Source: the human T2T-CHM13v2.0 reference genome, Homo sapiens. Taken from it: 64,000 bases of DNA. The stretch lies in assembly GCF_009914755.1 (NCBI RefSeq), contig NC_060928.1. One strand, 5' to 3'. Positions 28,361 to 43,732 of the stretch are shown here, piece by piece (position 1 is the stretch's first letter; every line of letters starts with the position of its first letter). A program made the position numbers and the translations under genes. Under the pieces are notes generated by a model. The model had not been told where the DNA came from. It searched no databases and saw only the letters and a program-made list of their open reading frames with translations.

Positions 28361-28409
28361 AAAGAAAGAAGTGAAGGTGTCCCAAGGGTTAACTCAATCC
28401 ATTATATTA

Positions 28410-28754
<345 letters not shown>

Positions 28755-28934
28755 TGACTTCCACTTGGATTTTACAGAAGAGGGGGTGTGGATCAGTAAG
28801 ACAGAAAAAAGAGGTGAAAGACTGAATCAAGGCCAAGGAAAGCTTGGGCTTCCTCCCAGATATTGGGCAATCTTCTCCTCACTCCTCACTTTCCTTAAGC
28901 AATCTCATCAGCTTCCCTGTCTCTAATTACTGCA

Positions 28935-30060
<1,126 letters not shown>

Positions 30061-30110
30061 AGGACATCTTAGCTGTCTTCGGTCACTGTGACATTTTCTC
30101 TCAAAAGTGT

Positions 30111-30828
<718 letters not shown>

Positions 30829-30829
30829 T

Positions 30830-31200
30830 CATACTTCCTTCCACTGTAGGACCTTTGCACATCATGCTGTTCACTCTGAGCACTGCTTCCTTTCATCATT
30901 TCCTAGCATTTCTTCCTCCAGGAAGTCTTCTATAATCTCTTCGACTAAAGTTTCTCTATTACACTATTTCATAACATCACATACTTTTCCTTAATAGCAC
31001 TTATCACAATTATATTTTTACATTTATTTAGGTGATCATGTGATTGATGTCTTTCTCTCCACTGGAACTGAAGTCCACGAGGGCAGGGCAGGAAGGGTAG
31101 AATAATTTTTCCGCTTTAATATCATATTCTCAGTTCATAGCATCTTGCCTGACACAGAGTAAAATAAGTACTCAATAAACATTAGTTGAATGAATGAAAT
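30830..31200 (+). mobile_element. L2 3' end
   Basis: GGACCTTTGCACATCATGCTGTTC..GCCTGACACAGAGTA..CTCAATAAAC..TGAATGAATG. Confidence 0.75.
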
Positions 31201-31306
31201 TAATCTCATTGTACATGAGAAATGTACAATGGGGCTCTCTAGCACATGGTTTGCAGCTGCCTCTTCCCTCTGCCAGACGGCAATACTTGTGTGACTAAGA
31301 AAGAAA

Positions 31307-31672
31307 GGGTTGTGCATGGTGGCTCATACCTGTAATCCCTGCACTTTGGGAGGCTGAGGTGGGACAATCACTTGAGCCCAGGGGTTCAAGATCAACCTGG
31401 ACAACATGGCAAGACCCTGTCTCTACAAAAAATAAAACAAACAAAAAAATTAGCCAGGTGTGGCACTGCACATCTGTGGTCCTAGGTCTGTGGGAGGTTG
31501 AGATGGGAGGATTGTTTGAGCCTGGGAGGCAGAGGTTGCAGTGAGCTGTGATTGCACCACTGTACTCAAACCTGAGTGACAGAGTGAGACTGTGTCTCAA
31601 AGAAAAAAAAGGAGAAAGAAAGAAAGAGAGAGAAAAAGAAGGAAGGAAGGAAGGAAGGTAGGAAGGAAGGGA
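31307..31672 (+). mobile_element. Alu (AluJ-like) with GAAA/GGAA tail
   Basis: Full dimer. Confidence 0.9.
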
Positions 31673-31965
31673 GTTTCTCAAAGAAGCTCTGCCTCACAAT
31701 GACCCCCCTATTAAGGTCTCCTGATGTTGATGGTTATCCCTTTTCTAAGTGTGGGTCATCCCTAAGAAGACCACTTGCTAGTAGTCATGTGGTTCCAAAA
31801 TCATGCCCCTTGATAAGGCCAAATCTATGCATACAAAACTGTAATACCCTCTTTGAAGAATCTTCTGTGAAAGTTTAGTCATTGAAGTTCTGTCTTGAGC
31901 AGGAGATGTCAACAAGCTGTAATCTTGGTACTTTGATTGTCTTCTCAGGCCCAGTTCCAGTTTGC

Positions 31966-32141
31966 TTCTTTCTTTCTTTCTTTTTTTTTTTTTTTGAGAT
32001 GGGTTCTTGCTCTACCACCCAAGCTGGAGTGTGGTAGCACAATCATAGTTCATTGCAACCTTGAACTCCTGGGCTCAAAGGATCCTCCTGCCTCAGCCTC
32101 CCAAGTAGTTGGGCCCACAGCTGTTCACCATCACGTCCTAG
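31966..32141 (-). mobile_element. Alu right monomer
   Basis: Poly-T then reverse right arm. Confidence 0.85.
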
Positions 32142-32189
32142 TTTGCTCCATTTCAATTGTCTCCTTCTTTATGGTGCTACACAAGGGTA

Positions 32190-32465
32190 AAATAATAACA
32201 ATAGCTGACATTTATTAGTCATTGGTGCTTGCTATTGTTAGGCACCATGCAAGGCATTCTTTGTATAATATTCTTACTTAGAAAAAAGAATCCTCTTAAG
32301 TCAATGCTACTATTATCCCTGTTTTACAGTTAAAACATGGACATTTAAAGAGATGAAGAAACTGCTTAATATTACATGGCCGGTGAGTGGTAGAAACAGA
32401 TTTTGATACTCAGGTAGTCTGATGCCACAGCTCACACTTGGGTATATACTACATCACACTGCCTA
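32190..32465 (-). mobile_element. MIR
   Basis: ATAATAACAATAGCTGACATTTATT..TATTATCCCTGTTTTACAG. Confidence 0.7.
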
Positions 32466-33711
32466 GGTACAGTTAGTGTTATTTTACTGATCCTAACTCA
32501 ACTTCTCATCCAGTGAGATAAGTTCCAAAGACCATTTAAATTGTCTTCTTAAACTGCTAACCACATAGCGAACACAAATATCATACAACTGGGATTAGAG
32601 GGCAAAGTTATCCAAATTAAAAACAAGACTTATCTTGATTTGTGATTGGGCATATCATGAGTGCAGGCACAATGTAGATGCTCAATAAAACTTATTTATT
32701 GAATGAATAAATGGATCACACCAGTCACATCCTTATAAACCCTTTAATCAGATTATGAATATTTTTCCATACAATTTCTCCACAATTCAAGTTCCTCTTC
32801 AAAAATATAGAATAAGGAATTTTCTTCTTAATTCACACTCTATGGTCCAAACAATCAGATTATAAATGAACAATCTTGATATTCATTCATTCATTCCATA
32901 ACTATTTCTTGACCAAGCTACAGTGTGTCTTGCTTTTTCCCTACTAGAGAATAGAACTCATTTTTTTCTCTAGTGACTATTCCATCTGGCCTCTCTTCTG
33001 TCTTTTCTCATAGAGAAGGCCTGTCATAGGTAGGCCTGTCCAGTACTTCTCCCTGGGATGCACCAGAGAGACATATGGACTTCACCTGTCATTGGTATCC
33101 GCAGCAAGCCTTTCTCTCCCAAGCCTAACCTACATTGTACTGCTACAGGTACTTTGCTGTAGATGCCATAGTGACTGTAATTTTTAGAAATGATTTCTCT
33201 CTACAGAGGGAAATTCTTTCATTATAATAAAAAAGTCATTTTCTATTATTATGAAAAAATACATATTCATTGCATAAAAAATTTTAAATCCCATGTAATC
33301 CCCCCAAATAACAATTGTGATAGATAATATTAAAAGAGTCTTACTGTATGTTAAGCATGACACGATAACAAAGTTACATTACCTTTTCAATTTTACTTAT
33401 GAGAAAAATCCAGGAAATTGAAGGGGGCTGCTTTAGATCCTCAGCTGGTAAATGAGAGTCTGAATGTATACTCAGGTCTATCCACTTCAAAAACCAGCAT
33501 TCTCTACCACTGACGACATCATCTTAAAGGCCAATTAGTATTCTGATGTACAGAGGCACTTAGTGCCTTCTCTCTTATTGGATATTTAGGTTGTTTTTAA
33601 TTTTTTAATATTAGAATTAGCACTTCAATGAACATTAAAGTTAAACATTTTCTTTGAAGGAAAAATAGTGTTATTGTTCCTTTCAGAATGCATAAATAAT
33701 ATATGCTTACT

Positions 33712-34030
33712 CTCTTAGTCCATTCAGGCTGCTAAAACAAAATACCTTACACTGGGCAATTTACAAATGACAGAAATGTATTGCTCACAATTCTGGAGGC
33801 TGGGAAGTCCAAGATCAAGGCACCAGCAGATTTGGTGTCTGGGGAGGGCCCATTCTTCGTAGATGGTGCCTTCTGTGTGTCCCCACATGGCAGCAGGGGC
33901 AAACAAACTCTCCTTGGTCTCTTTTATAAGAGCATTAATTCCCTTCATGAAGGTGAACGCCTCATGATTTAATCACTTCCCAAAGGCCCCACCTCTTAAT
34001 ACCATCACATTGGATATTAGGTTCTAATAA
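33712..34030 (-). mobile_element. MLT1A-type MaLR LTR
   Basis: TCTTAGTCCATTCAGGCTGCTA..CTCACAATTCTGGAGGCTGGGAAGTCCAAGATCAAGG. Confidence 0.88.
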
Positions 34031-34399
34031 CTGTAACCTCAAGTTTACAGTTTGCCAACCTAGGCCAAAGGTAGGGAAAGTATGGCCCATGAGCCAGATC
34101 AGGCCTGCTTTCCTCCCCTCTTATTTTTGTATAGCCTCTGAGCTAAGAATAGATTTTTATATTTTTCACTGATTATAAACAGTCAATGAAAAAAATACTT
34201 TGTAACACATGAAAATTATATGAAATTCAAATTTGAAAGCACAAACTGTTTTTCACCGTTGCACACTTCTGTGACCAGATGTGTAAAGGTTTTTCTCCAC
34301 ATACTAAGCAAATCTCCAGTGGACGCCAACTGAGTGTCTTATAATTCAATTTAATTCTGATACTATCCACCTGAAGATAGCATCAGACCCTACAGGTTA

Positions 34400-34788
<389 letters not shown>

Positions 34789-34910
34789 TTATTTGTGCTT
34801 CTGACTGGCTATAAATCAAGGTTCCCTCAACCACCTCTTCAGGTTTGATTAATTTGCTAGTGGCTCACAGAATCCAGGGAAACACTTTAGTTACATTTAA
34901 TGGTTTATTA

Positions 34911-35351
<441 letters not shown>

Positions 35352-36765
35352 CTAGAAGCTTTTCCAACTCAGTCCTTTTGGGTAATTATGGTCATTATGT
35401 AGACATGACTGATTATGGTTATAGTAATCGAAGGGGATTATTTCCAAGACTCCCACAGATACTAAAATCTAGGTCCTACAGTTGACCATTGGTGATCAGC
35501 TCAACCTTCAGCTTGTCTCCCCTCCCTAGAGATTAAGAAATGTGGCTAAAAGTTCCAACTCTCTAATCATGCCCTAGTTTTTCTGACCAATCCCCATCCT
35601 GAAGCTATTTAGGGGCCACCAGTCATCTCATTAGTGTACAAAAGATACTCTTACCACTCTAGAAATGCCTCATATTTTAGGAGCTGTATGATGGGAACCA
35701 GGGCAGAAACTAAATATAGATTTTTAAAAATTATACCACAGTATAAATAGTTTTATTGGAACACAGCTATGCTCATTCATTTACGTATTATGTGGATATT
35801 TTCATGCTACCATAGCAGAGCTGAATAATTGTATTGGAGAATGTGTGGCCCACAAAGCTTGACTATCTGGCCCTATACAGAAGAAGTTTGCTGATCTCTG
35901 ACTTAGGTAACTGATGTACTTCTCTTATTGCTATTAAATGGGCAGGGTAAATATTAAAAATACCTATATTTTAGGGTGGGAGAAAAAAATTAACAGCTAA
36001 GGAATTTGGGGGCGTATTTAAGGCCATATTGGAAAGGTACATATGTTAATTATTCCCTCCATACAAAAATGACTTTGATATTCAGATTTTAATAATTATC
36101 AGATAGCTATAATATGTGGAGTGATGGGAAGTAACATTTTGGACAGATTGCAGTTAGGAAACAGACCCTGGTCAGAAGGTCTTAGACAAAAATCTTAGCA
36201 TCAAGCTCAGATTATTCCTTCCTGCTTCATTTGTGTTCTCCTCACAATGCTTTCAGCTGCCTAGGAATAGCCAGGCAACCAGCTGCTACTTTGAGCACCC
36301 GGCTAAAATAAGCAGAGACAACTGGAAGGCTTGATGTGAAAAAGAGCTGTTGAAGTGTACACAAGCAAGCTGACTGCCTTATGACTAATACTTGACAGAA
36401 CCCAGCAAGAGGATATGAGATTGCAGATGGATGACCTCAATCCTGAACAGAAAGGCGTGCATGATAATGGAGAGAAAAAAGCCAATGGGGAAAAAAAACC
36501 CACCACTATTTTTTTAATAGCCTAACACACACACAAAAAACTGGTTTTCCTTTTTCTGTAATGTGTCTGTAGAGCTGGCTATTCTGATTAAAGTTGCCCT
36601 TGAAAAAGCAATTAACTTAAGAGTCTTACTGGAAGTTAAAAATCCCAAGGGGCAGGAAAAATGAGTGTATGGGAAGCCCAGTCAACAGGTCAGAAGGTAC
36701 AGCTGGGAGGTTTTAGCATTACGTACCGTGTGTTTTTCGTTTAAGGGAGAAGCTTATTTGCTCAC

Positions 36766-36983
36766 TGCTATAGTTTGGATGTTTGTCCCCTTCAAATCTT
36801 GTGATGGAATCTGATCCCCAGTGTTGGAAGTGGGGCCTAATGGGAGGTGTTTGGGTCATGGGAGCAGATCCCTCATAAATAGATTAATGCTCTGTCTGGG
36901 AGGGTGGGTGCGGGGTACGAGTTCTCACTTTATTAGTTCCTGTGAAAGCTGGTTGTTAAAAAGAACCTAGCACCTCCCCTTTC
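36766..36983 (+). mobile_element. MST-type LTR, 5' half only, cut at the inversion breakpoint
   Basis: TGCTATAGTTTGGATGTTTGTCCCC..TAGCACCTCCCC then an abrupt switch to HERV-H sequence. Confidence 0.85.
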
Positions 36984-36989
36984 ACTTCA

Positions 36990-37732
36990 GTGGCAAAGTA
37001 CACTCCAATACTTTCACCCTGATGAAGTCCTATTCTTTAGTTTTATACTTACTCTTATTCTTGTCCCGTTCTTATGCCACCCTCTACCTCTCCCCAGCTA
37101 TCTCTACCACACTATCAATCTCACTCTCTCCTAGCCATTTCTAATCCTTCTTTAACAAACAATTGCTGGCTTTGCATTTCTCTTTCCTCCAAAACTGCCA
37201 AGGCCTTGACTTACTGCTGAAAAAGGAGGACTCTGTATATTTTTAAATGAGCAGTGTTGTTTTTACCTAAATAAATCTGGCCTGGTGTATGACAACATAA
37301 AAAAACTCAAGGATAGAGCCCAAAAACTCGCCAACCAAGCAAGTAATTACTTGCTTGGGCACTCTCTAATTTGATGTCCTGAGACCTCCCAATTCTTAGT
37401 CCTTTAATACCTATTTTTCTCCTTCTCTTATTCAGACCTTGTGTCTTCCGTTTAGTTTCTAAATTCATACAAAACCATATCCAGGCCATCACCAATCATT
37501 CTATATGACAAATGCTCCTCCTAACAACCCCACAATATCACCCCTTACCATAAAATCTTCCTTCAGCTTAATCTCTCCCACTCTAGGTTCCCACGCCAAC
37601 CCTAATCCCGCTGGAAGCAGCCCTGAGAGACATCGCCCATTATCTCTCCATACCACCCCTAAAAATTTTCGTTGTCTCAACACTTCAGCACTATTTTATG
37701 TTATTTTTCTTATTAATATAAGAAGACAGGAA
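36990..37732 (+). pseudogene. env: HERV-H pol-end/env remnant (deleted env, TM part) and PPT
   Basis: From 37187 reads [10 protein letters not shown] (immunosuppressive-domain-like), frameshift, [19 protein letters not shown] (CX6CC); PPT AGAAGACAGGAA before the LTR. Confidence 0.9.
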
Positions 37733-38165
37733 TGTCAGGCCTCTGAGTCCAAGCTAAGCCATCATATCCCCTGTGACCTGCACATATACATCCAGATGGC
37801 CTGAAGCAAGTGAAACATCACAAAAGAAGTGAAAATGGCTGGTTCATGCCTTAACTGATGACATTGCACCATTGTGATTTGATCCTGCCCCACCTTAACT
37901 GATCAATTAACCTTGTGAAATTCCTTCTCCTGGCTCAGAAGCTCCCCCACTGAGCACCTTGTGACCCCCACCCCTGCCCACAAGAGAACAACCCCCTTTG
38001 ACTGTAACTTTCCACTAACCACCCAAATCCTATAAAACTGCCCCACCCCTATCTTCCTTGCTGACTATCTTTCCGGAGTCAGCCCGCCTGCACCCAGGTG
38101 ATTAAAAAGCTTTATTGCTCAAACAAAGCCTGTTCGGTGGTCTCTTCACACAGATGCGCATGACA
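37733..38165 (+). mobile_element. LTR7-family LTR (HERV-H 3' LTR), 433 bp
   Basis: TGTCAGGCCTCTGAG..TATAAAA..ATTAAA..CATGACA, followed by CTATG. Confidence 0.96.
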
Positions 38166-38690
38166 CTATGGTTTTGCTTTCTGAGGTTTCAGTTACTTGC
38201 AGTTGACCATGTTCCAAAAAATATTAAGTAAATTACCCAGAAATAACAATTCATAAGTTTTAAATTGTACTCCATTCTGAGTAGCATGGCGAAATCTTAT
38301 GCTGTCTGGCTCTGTCCCATTGGGTACATGAATGATTTCTTTGTCCCGTGTATCCACGCTGTTTAAGGTGGTGGTACCTGCCTGTGAGTCACTTGGCAGC
38401 CCTGTTATTTAACAGTTGGACAGTCACAGTATCTCAGTGTTTGTGTTAAGGGAACCCTTCTTTTACTTAAGAATGGCCCCAAAGTGCAAGAGTAGTGATG
38501 CTTGCAATTCAGAGATGCCAAAGAGCAGCTGGAAAGTGTTTCCTTTAATTGAAAAGGTAAGTTTTTTACTTAATAAGAAAAAAAATTATGTGCTGATGTT
38601 ACCATGATCTATAGTAAAAATGAATCTTGTAGCTGTGAAATTGTGAAAAAGGAAGAAGAAATTTATGCCAGTTTTGCTGTCACACCTCAT
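38166..38690 (+). mobile_element. MER44 (Tigger7 derivative) body; its terminus is at 44166-44187 on the minus strand
   Basis: GGTTTTGCTTTCTGAGGTTTCAGTTAC..AATGGCCCCAAAGTGCAAGAGTAGTGATG; truncated at CACACCTCA. Confidence 0.85.
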
Positions 38691-39115
38691 CCCGCAAGGG
38701 GTGCAATGCATTATGGCTGCCATGTGTGATATTACGAGATAAAAAATAGTTCATGGGTGTCAACCTTCCACCCTGCGCTCAGCTCTGCTAGGTATTCTAA
38801 GGATTTACAGAGGCTAAGAAATCTCATACAGAACATAATATGTACACATAGAAAGCACAGAGAAACAATGACACACTAGCATTGAGAACTCAGTGGAATG
38901 TTACTGACAAGTGCAGTAGGAGTTCAGCAAAGAAGAGGAGGCCACTATAGGCAGGTGGAGTCAGAAAAGGGGAATGACCTTGTGGGGTCACTGGAATTTG
39001 GATCTGTGGAGAGAAGGGGAGGAGAGTTTCTAAAGAGAAGAGTGACAAGACCAGAAGCAGGTACAAAACCATGAACCTGGTTTGTTTAGAGGACAGTGAG
39101 GAGATCTTTCTGGTT

Positions 39116-41540
39116 GACTGTTTAGAGGTGGGAAGGCCAAACCGAGGAATTATGTCTGACAGAAGGGAAGAAATGACCATGGTGGCCTTCTCAGACTCTG
39201 TGGGAAAGGCCTCTACCTATCCAGTGAAAGTGTCTACCCAGACCAAGAGGTATTTTAGTTTCCTGACTCGGGGCATGTGAGTAAAATCAATTTGCCAGTC
39301 CTGGGCAGGGGCAAATTCTTGAGCTTGATGTGTAGGGAAGAGAGGGGGCCTGAGAAATTCCTGAGGAGTAGTAGAATAGTAGATGGAACATTGAGAAGTG
39401 ATTTTTTGAGGATGGATTTTTACGATGGAAAGGAAATGAGAGGTTTTAAGAGGCAGGCTAGTGGCTTGTAACTTACATGGAAGAGGTTATGAAATGACGA
39501 CAGAATAAAACAGGCCTGTGAGGCTGGAAGGAGATATTTTCCTTGGTCCAAGAACCATTTGCTTTGTGTGGGAAGAGATTGATAGGTGGAAGTTTCAGTA
39601 GGAGAGTAGGTGGGAGTGACTGATGAGAAGGAGAAAAACTGGCCACGAGGGACAGAAGTTGGGACACTAGCTGATTCTTTAGCTACCTTATCAGCATAAG
39701 CATTGCCCTGAGTGATGGGATCTGACACCTTTTGATGGCCCTTGCAGTGAATGACTCCAGCTTCTTTTGGAAGTAAAGCGGCCTTGAGAAGAGTTTTTAT
39801 TAAAGAGGCATTAATGATGGAGGACCCTCGCATAGCGAGGAAACCTCTTTCAGCCCATATAACAGCATGGTGATGCAGGATATGGAAGGCATATTTAGAG
39901 TCAATATAAATATTGACATGTAGTCCCTTTGCAAGAGTGAGGGCCCAAATTAAGGCAATGAGTTCGGCTTGCTGAGAGGTAGTGGAGGGGGGCAGAGTGG
40001 TAGCCTCAATGATAGATGTGGAAGATACTATAGCATAGCCTTCCTTTGCTGGTGAGTGGCGATTTGGCCTGGTGGAACTGCCGTCAATAAACCAAGTGTG
40101 ATCAGGGTTAGGAACAGGAAAGAAGGAAATATGGGGAAATGGAGTGAATGTCAGGTGGATCAGAGAGATACAGTCATGGGGGTCAGGTGTGGTATCAGGA
40201 ATAATGTGGGAGGCTGGATTGAAGTCCGGGCCAGGAACAATGGTAATTGTGGGAGACTCAACAAAGAGTGAGTATAGCCGAAGGAGCCGGGGGGCAGAAA
40301 GTACATGCATCAGGTGTAAGGAAGAAAATAGATTTTGGAAGTTATGAGAGCTGTAGAGAGTGAGTTGAGCACAGTTTGTGATTTTGAGGGCCTCTGAAAG
40401 TATTAAAGTAGCAGCAGCTGCTGCATGCAAGCATGAGGGCTAGGCTAAAACAGTAAGGTTAAGTTGTTTGGACAGAAAGGCTACAGGGTGCAGTCCAGGC
40501 TCTTGTGTAAGAATTCTGACCACACAGCCCTGTACTTTGGCTGTGTGTAATGAAAAATTTTGGGATATGTCAGGGACAGCTAGTGTGGGAGCAGATTTTA
40601 GGGCTGTTTTTAAGGAATGGAAAGAGGAATGGGGAAAGGATTTAGGATCTATGGGGTCAGCTAGATTTCCTTTTGTGAGTTTATATAATGGTTTAGTCAG
40701 GATGTTAAAACTAGGTATCCAAAGGTGAAAGTATCTAACCATGCCCAAGAAGGAAAGGAGTTGTTGCTTTGTAGAAGGAGTTGGGGTTTGGGAGATTAGC
40801 CAGAGAAGATCAGCAGACAGAGCATGTGTGTTTTTATGAAGAATTATGCCGAGATAGGTAACGGATGAGGAAGAAATTTGGGCTTTGGAGGGGGATACAC
40901 GATAGCCTTTTGAGAATAGACGTTGGAGGAGCAGGAGGGTGTTCTGTTGGGAAGATTTGTAGGAGGGGCTATAAAGTAGAAGGTTATCAAAATATTTAAT
41001 AGGGTGAGAAGCAGATGGATGGAAAGAAAGTAAATCATGAGAAAGGGCTTTACTGAAGAAATGGGGGCTGTCCATGAAGATTTGCGGCAGTACAACCCAG
41101 GTAAGTTGCTGAGACTGATGGGTGTCAGGGTTAGTCTAAGTGAAAACAAAGAGAGGCTGGGCTGAAGGGTGCAAAGGAATAGTAAAGAAAGCATGTTTGA
41201 GATCCAGAACACAATAATGGGTTGTGGAGGGAGGTATTGAGGATAGGAGAGTTTATGGGTTTGGCACCATGGGATGGATAGGCAAGACAATTTGGTCGAT
41301 AAGGTGCAAATCCTGAATTAACCTGTAAGACTTGTCTGGTTTTTGGGCAGGTAAAATGGGGGAATTGTAAGGAGAGTTTATAGGCTTTAAAAGGCCATGC
41401 TGTAACAGGCAAGTGATAACAGGCTTTAATCCTTTTAAAACATGCTGTGGGATGGGGTATTGGCATTGAGCTGGGTAAGGGTGATTAGGTTTTAATGGGA
41501 TGGAAAGGGGTGCGTGATTGATCACAAAGGAGGGAGTAGA
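39116..41540 (-). pseudogene. pol: HERV-H pol (RT, RNase H, start of integrase), disrupted and truncated
   Basis: SPYNSPILP..YRLIQDL; YFDN (RT motif decayed); WFIDGSS..AELIAL..YIDSKY (RNase H); FGLPTSKQS then break. Confidence 0.95.
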
Positions 41541-41545
41541 GTGTC

Positions 41546-41900
41546 CTATACTTGTGGATTAAGGTGGGGAGATATAAGGGGAGGATGTGAAGGAGGCTTT
41601 GAACTGGGGAAAAGGGCAGCAATGAGGTGTGGCTGTAGCCTAGGAATAGTCAGGGAAGCAGACAATTTATTTAAAATGCCTAGACCTAATAAGGGAACTG
41701 CGCAGGTGGGAATAACTAAAAAAGAGTGCATAAAAGAATGTTGTCTGAGTTGGCACCAGAGTTGGGGAGTTTTAAGCGGTTTAGAAGCCTGGCTGTCAAT
41801 ACTCACAACAGTTATGGAGGCAAGGGAAACAGGCCCTTGAAAAGAAGGTAATGTGGAGTGGGTAGCCTCCATATCAATTAAGAAGGGGAGTTACCCTCCA
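41546..41900 (-). pseudogene. pro: HERV-H protease remnant
   Basis: LIDMEATHS (DTG motif lost)..FLVIPTCAVPLLGLGIL. Confidence 0.85.
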
Positions 41901-41929
41901 TTGTAAGAGTTACCCAAAGCATCTGTGAT

Positions 41930-43200
41930 GGTCCAGGAGGTTTCCGAGGCAATCGGGCAGCATCAGTCTTCAGCCACTAAGCTGAGAAGATCTGGGAAGG
42001 AGTCACCCAGAGAGGCTTGGGCCAGAGTTCCAGGGGCAGTGGCTGCTGGGCAAGTTGGACAGTCTGATTTCCAGTGGGGTCCCACACAGATGGGACATGG
42101 CTTAGCAGGAATCCTGTGCTGTGGGCATTCCTGGGCCCAGTGGCCAGATTTCCGGCACTTGAAGCAAGATCCTGGGGGAGGAGGTCCTGAAGGAATGCCT
42201 GGCCACTGTGGCTTAGGTGTTTTGAAGTTCTTGTGTGCTGGAGATGTAGCTGGGGTTTCTCTCACAGTGGAGGCAAGTAATTGCAACTCTTCTCTATTAT
42301 TGTACACCTTGAAGGCAAGGTGAATTAAGTCCTGTTGTGGGGTTTGAGGGCCGGAATCTAATTTTTGGAGCTTTATTTAATCTCAGGAGCAGATTGGGTA
42401 ATAAAATGCATATTGAGAATAAGATGGCCTTCTGGCCTTTCTGGGTCTAGGGCAGTAAAACATCTAAGGGTTGTTGCCAAACAAGCCACGGACTGGGCTG
42501 GGTTTTTATATTTGATGAAAAAGAGCCTAAAAGCTAACTGATTTGGGAAATGTCTGATAGAGAAAAAGGAGCATTAACCTTGACTATGCCTTTAGCTCCA
42601 GCCATCTCTTTAAGAGGAAATTTTTGGGCAGGTAGGGGAGGGCTAGTCGTGGAACAAAACTGTAAGCTGGACTGGGTGTGAGGAGGGGAGGTGATAGAAG
42701 TATTATAGGATGGGGGAGCGGAGGCTGAGGAAGAATTGATACCTGGCTCAGCCTGGCAAGGAGCAGCCTGGGGAGGAGGGGAGAGGTCAGATGGGTCCGT
42801 AGAAAAGGAGGATCCAAAGGACTCAAAACCTGGGGTGGAGACTGAAAGAACAGACTGGAGAGAAAGAAGAAAGATTTGGGATGAGTGGCATTGGGAGCAG
42901 AGATTAGGAAGGGACTGATGTGTAAAAGAATGCCTGGACGTCAGGCACCTCAGACCATTTGCTAATTTTATGCCAAGAATTATCTAGATCTTGTAGGATG
43001 GAGAAATCAAAAGTGCTGTTTTCTGGCTATTTGGAACCATTGTCGAGTTTGTATTGGGGTCAAGAGGTACTGCAGAAGAAAATAAGGCATTTAGGTTTTA
43101 GGTCAGGTGTGAGTTGAAGAGGTTTTAAGTTCTTGAGAACACAGGCTAAGGGAGAAGAAGGAGGAATGGAGGGTGGAAAGTTGCCCATAGTGAAGGAGGC
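41930..43200 (-). pseudogene. gag: HERV-H gag remnant
   Basis: Zinc knuckles [14 protein letters not shown] and [13 protein letters not shown]; N-terminal MGNFPPSIPPSSPLACVLKN; multiple stops and frameshifts. Confidence 0.9.
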
Positions 43201-43712
43201 AAGCCCAGAGAAAAGAGAGGGTAGAGACATGGAGAGAAGGGGTGGGGGGGGATACTTTCGCTCCCAGGGAGGTTGCCTGCCACAAAGGTGAAGGATCAAG
43301 GCAGGTGTCCCCACGGTGATCAGACACCTCTGAAATGTGGGTGAATAATCAGGCAGGCATCCCGGCAGTGATTAAACACCAAGTGAAGACTGTCTTCCCA
43401 AGTCCATGACTGGTGCCGGAGTTTTGGGTTCACAGATAAAACATGTCTCTTCTGTCTCTACCAGAAAGGGAAGGGAACTGAAATTAAGAGAAGGGAGAGA
43501 TTGAAGGGTGGCACCAAAATTGAAAGGAGAAAGAAGTTGAGGGATAGCGAGAGAGGTTGGAGAAGAGAGTAAAAAGAGGCCACTTACCTAATTTAAAATT
43601 GGTGAGATGTTCCTTGGGCTGGTTGGTCTGAGGACCCGAGGTCACAGGTGGATCTTTGTCACTGAGCAAAGAGCAGGAGGACAGAGGATTGATCTCCCAA
43701 GGGAGGTCCCCA

Positions 43713-43730
43713 ATCCGAGTCACGGCACCA
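43713..43730 (-). other. Primer-binding site, tRNA-His
   Basis: TGGTGCCGTGACTCGGAT, 2 nt after the 5' LTR. Confidence 0.95.
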
Positions 43731-43732
43731 AA

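Noticed and set aside
36303-36525. Non-repeat stretch with a short reading frame (MRLQMDDLNPEQ..), possible exon or pseudogene
   Set aside because: No recognisable protein similarity or convincing splice sites; cannot be supported without a search.
37733-38165. Reading the plus-strand LTR7/env as a second independent HERV-H
   Set aside because: The shared CTATG TSD, equal LTR length and re-joined MER44 point to one provirus.
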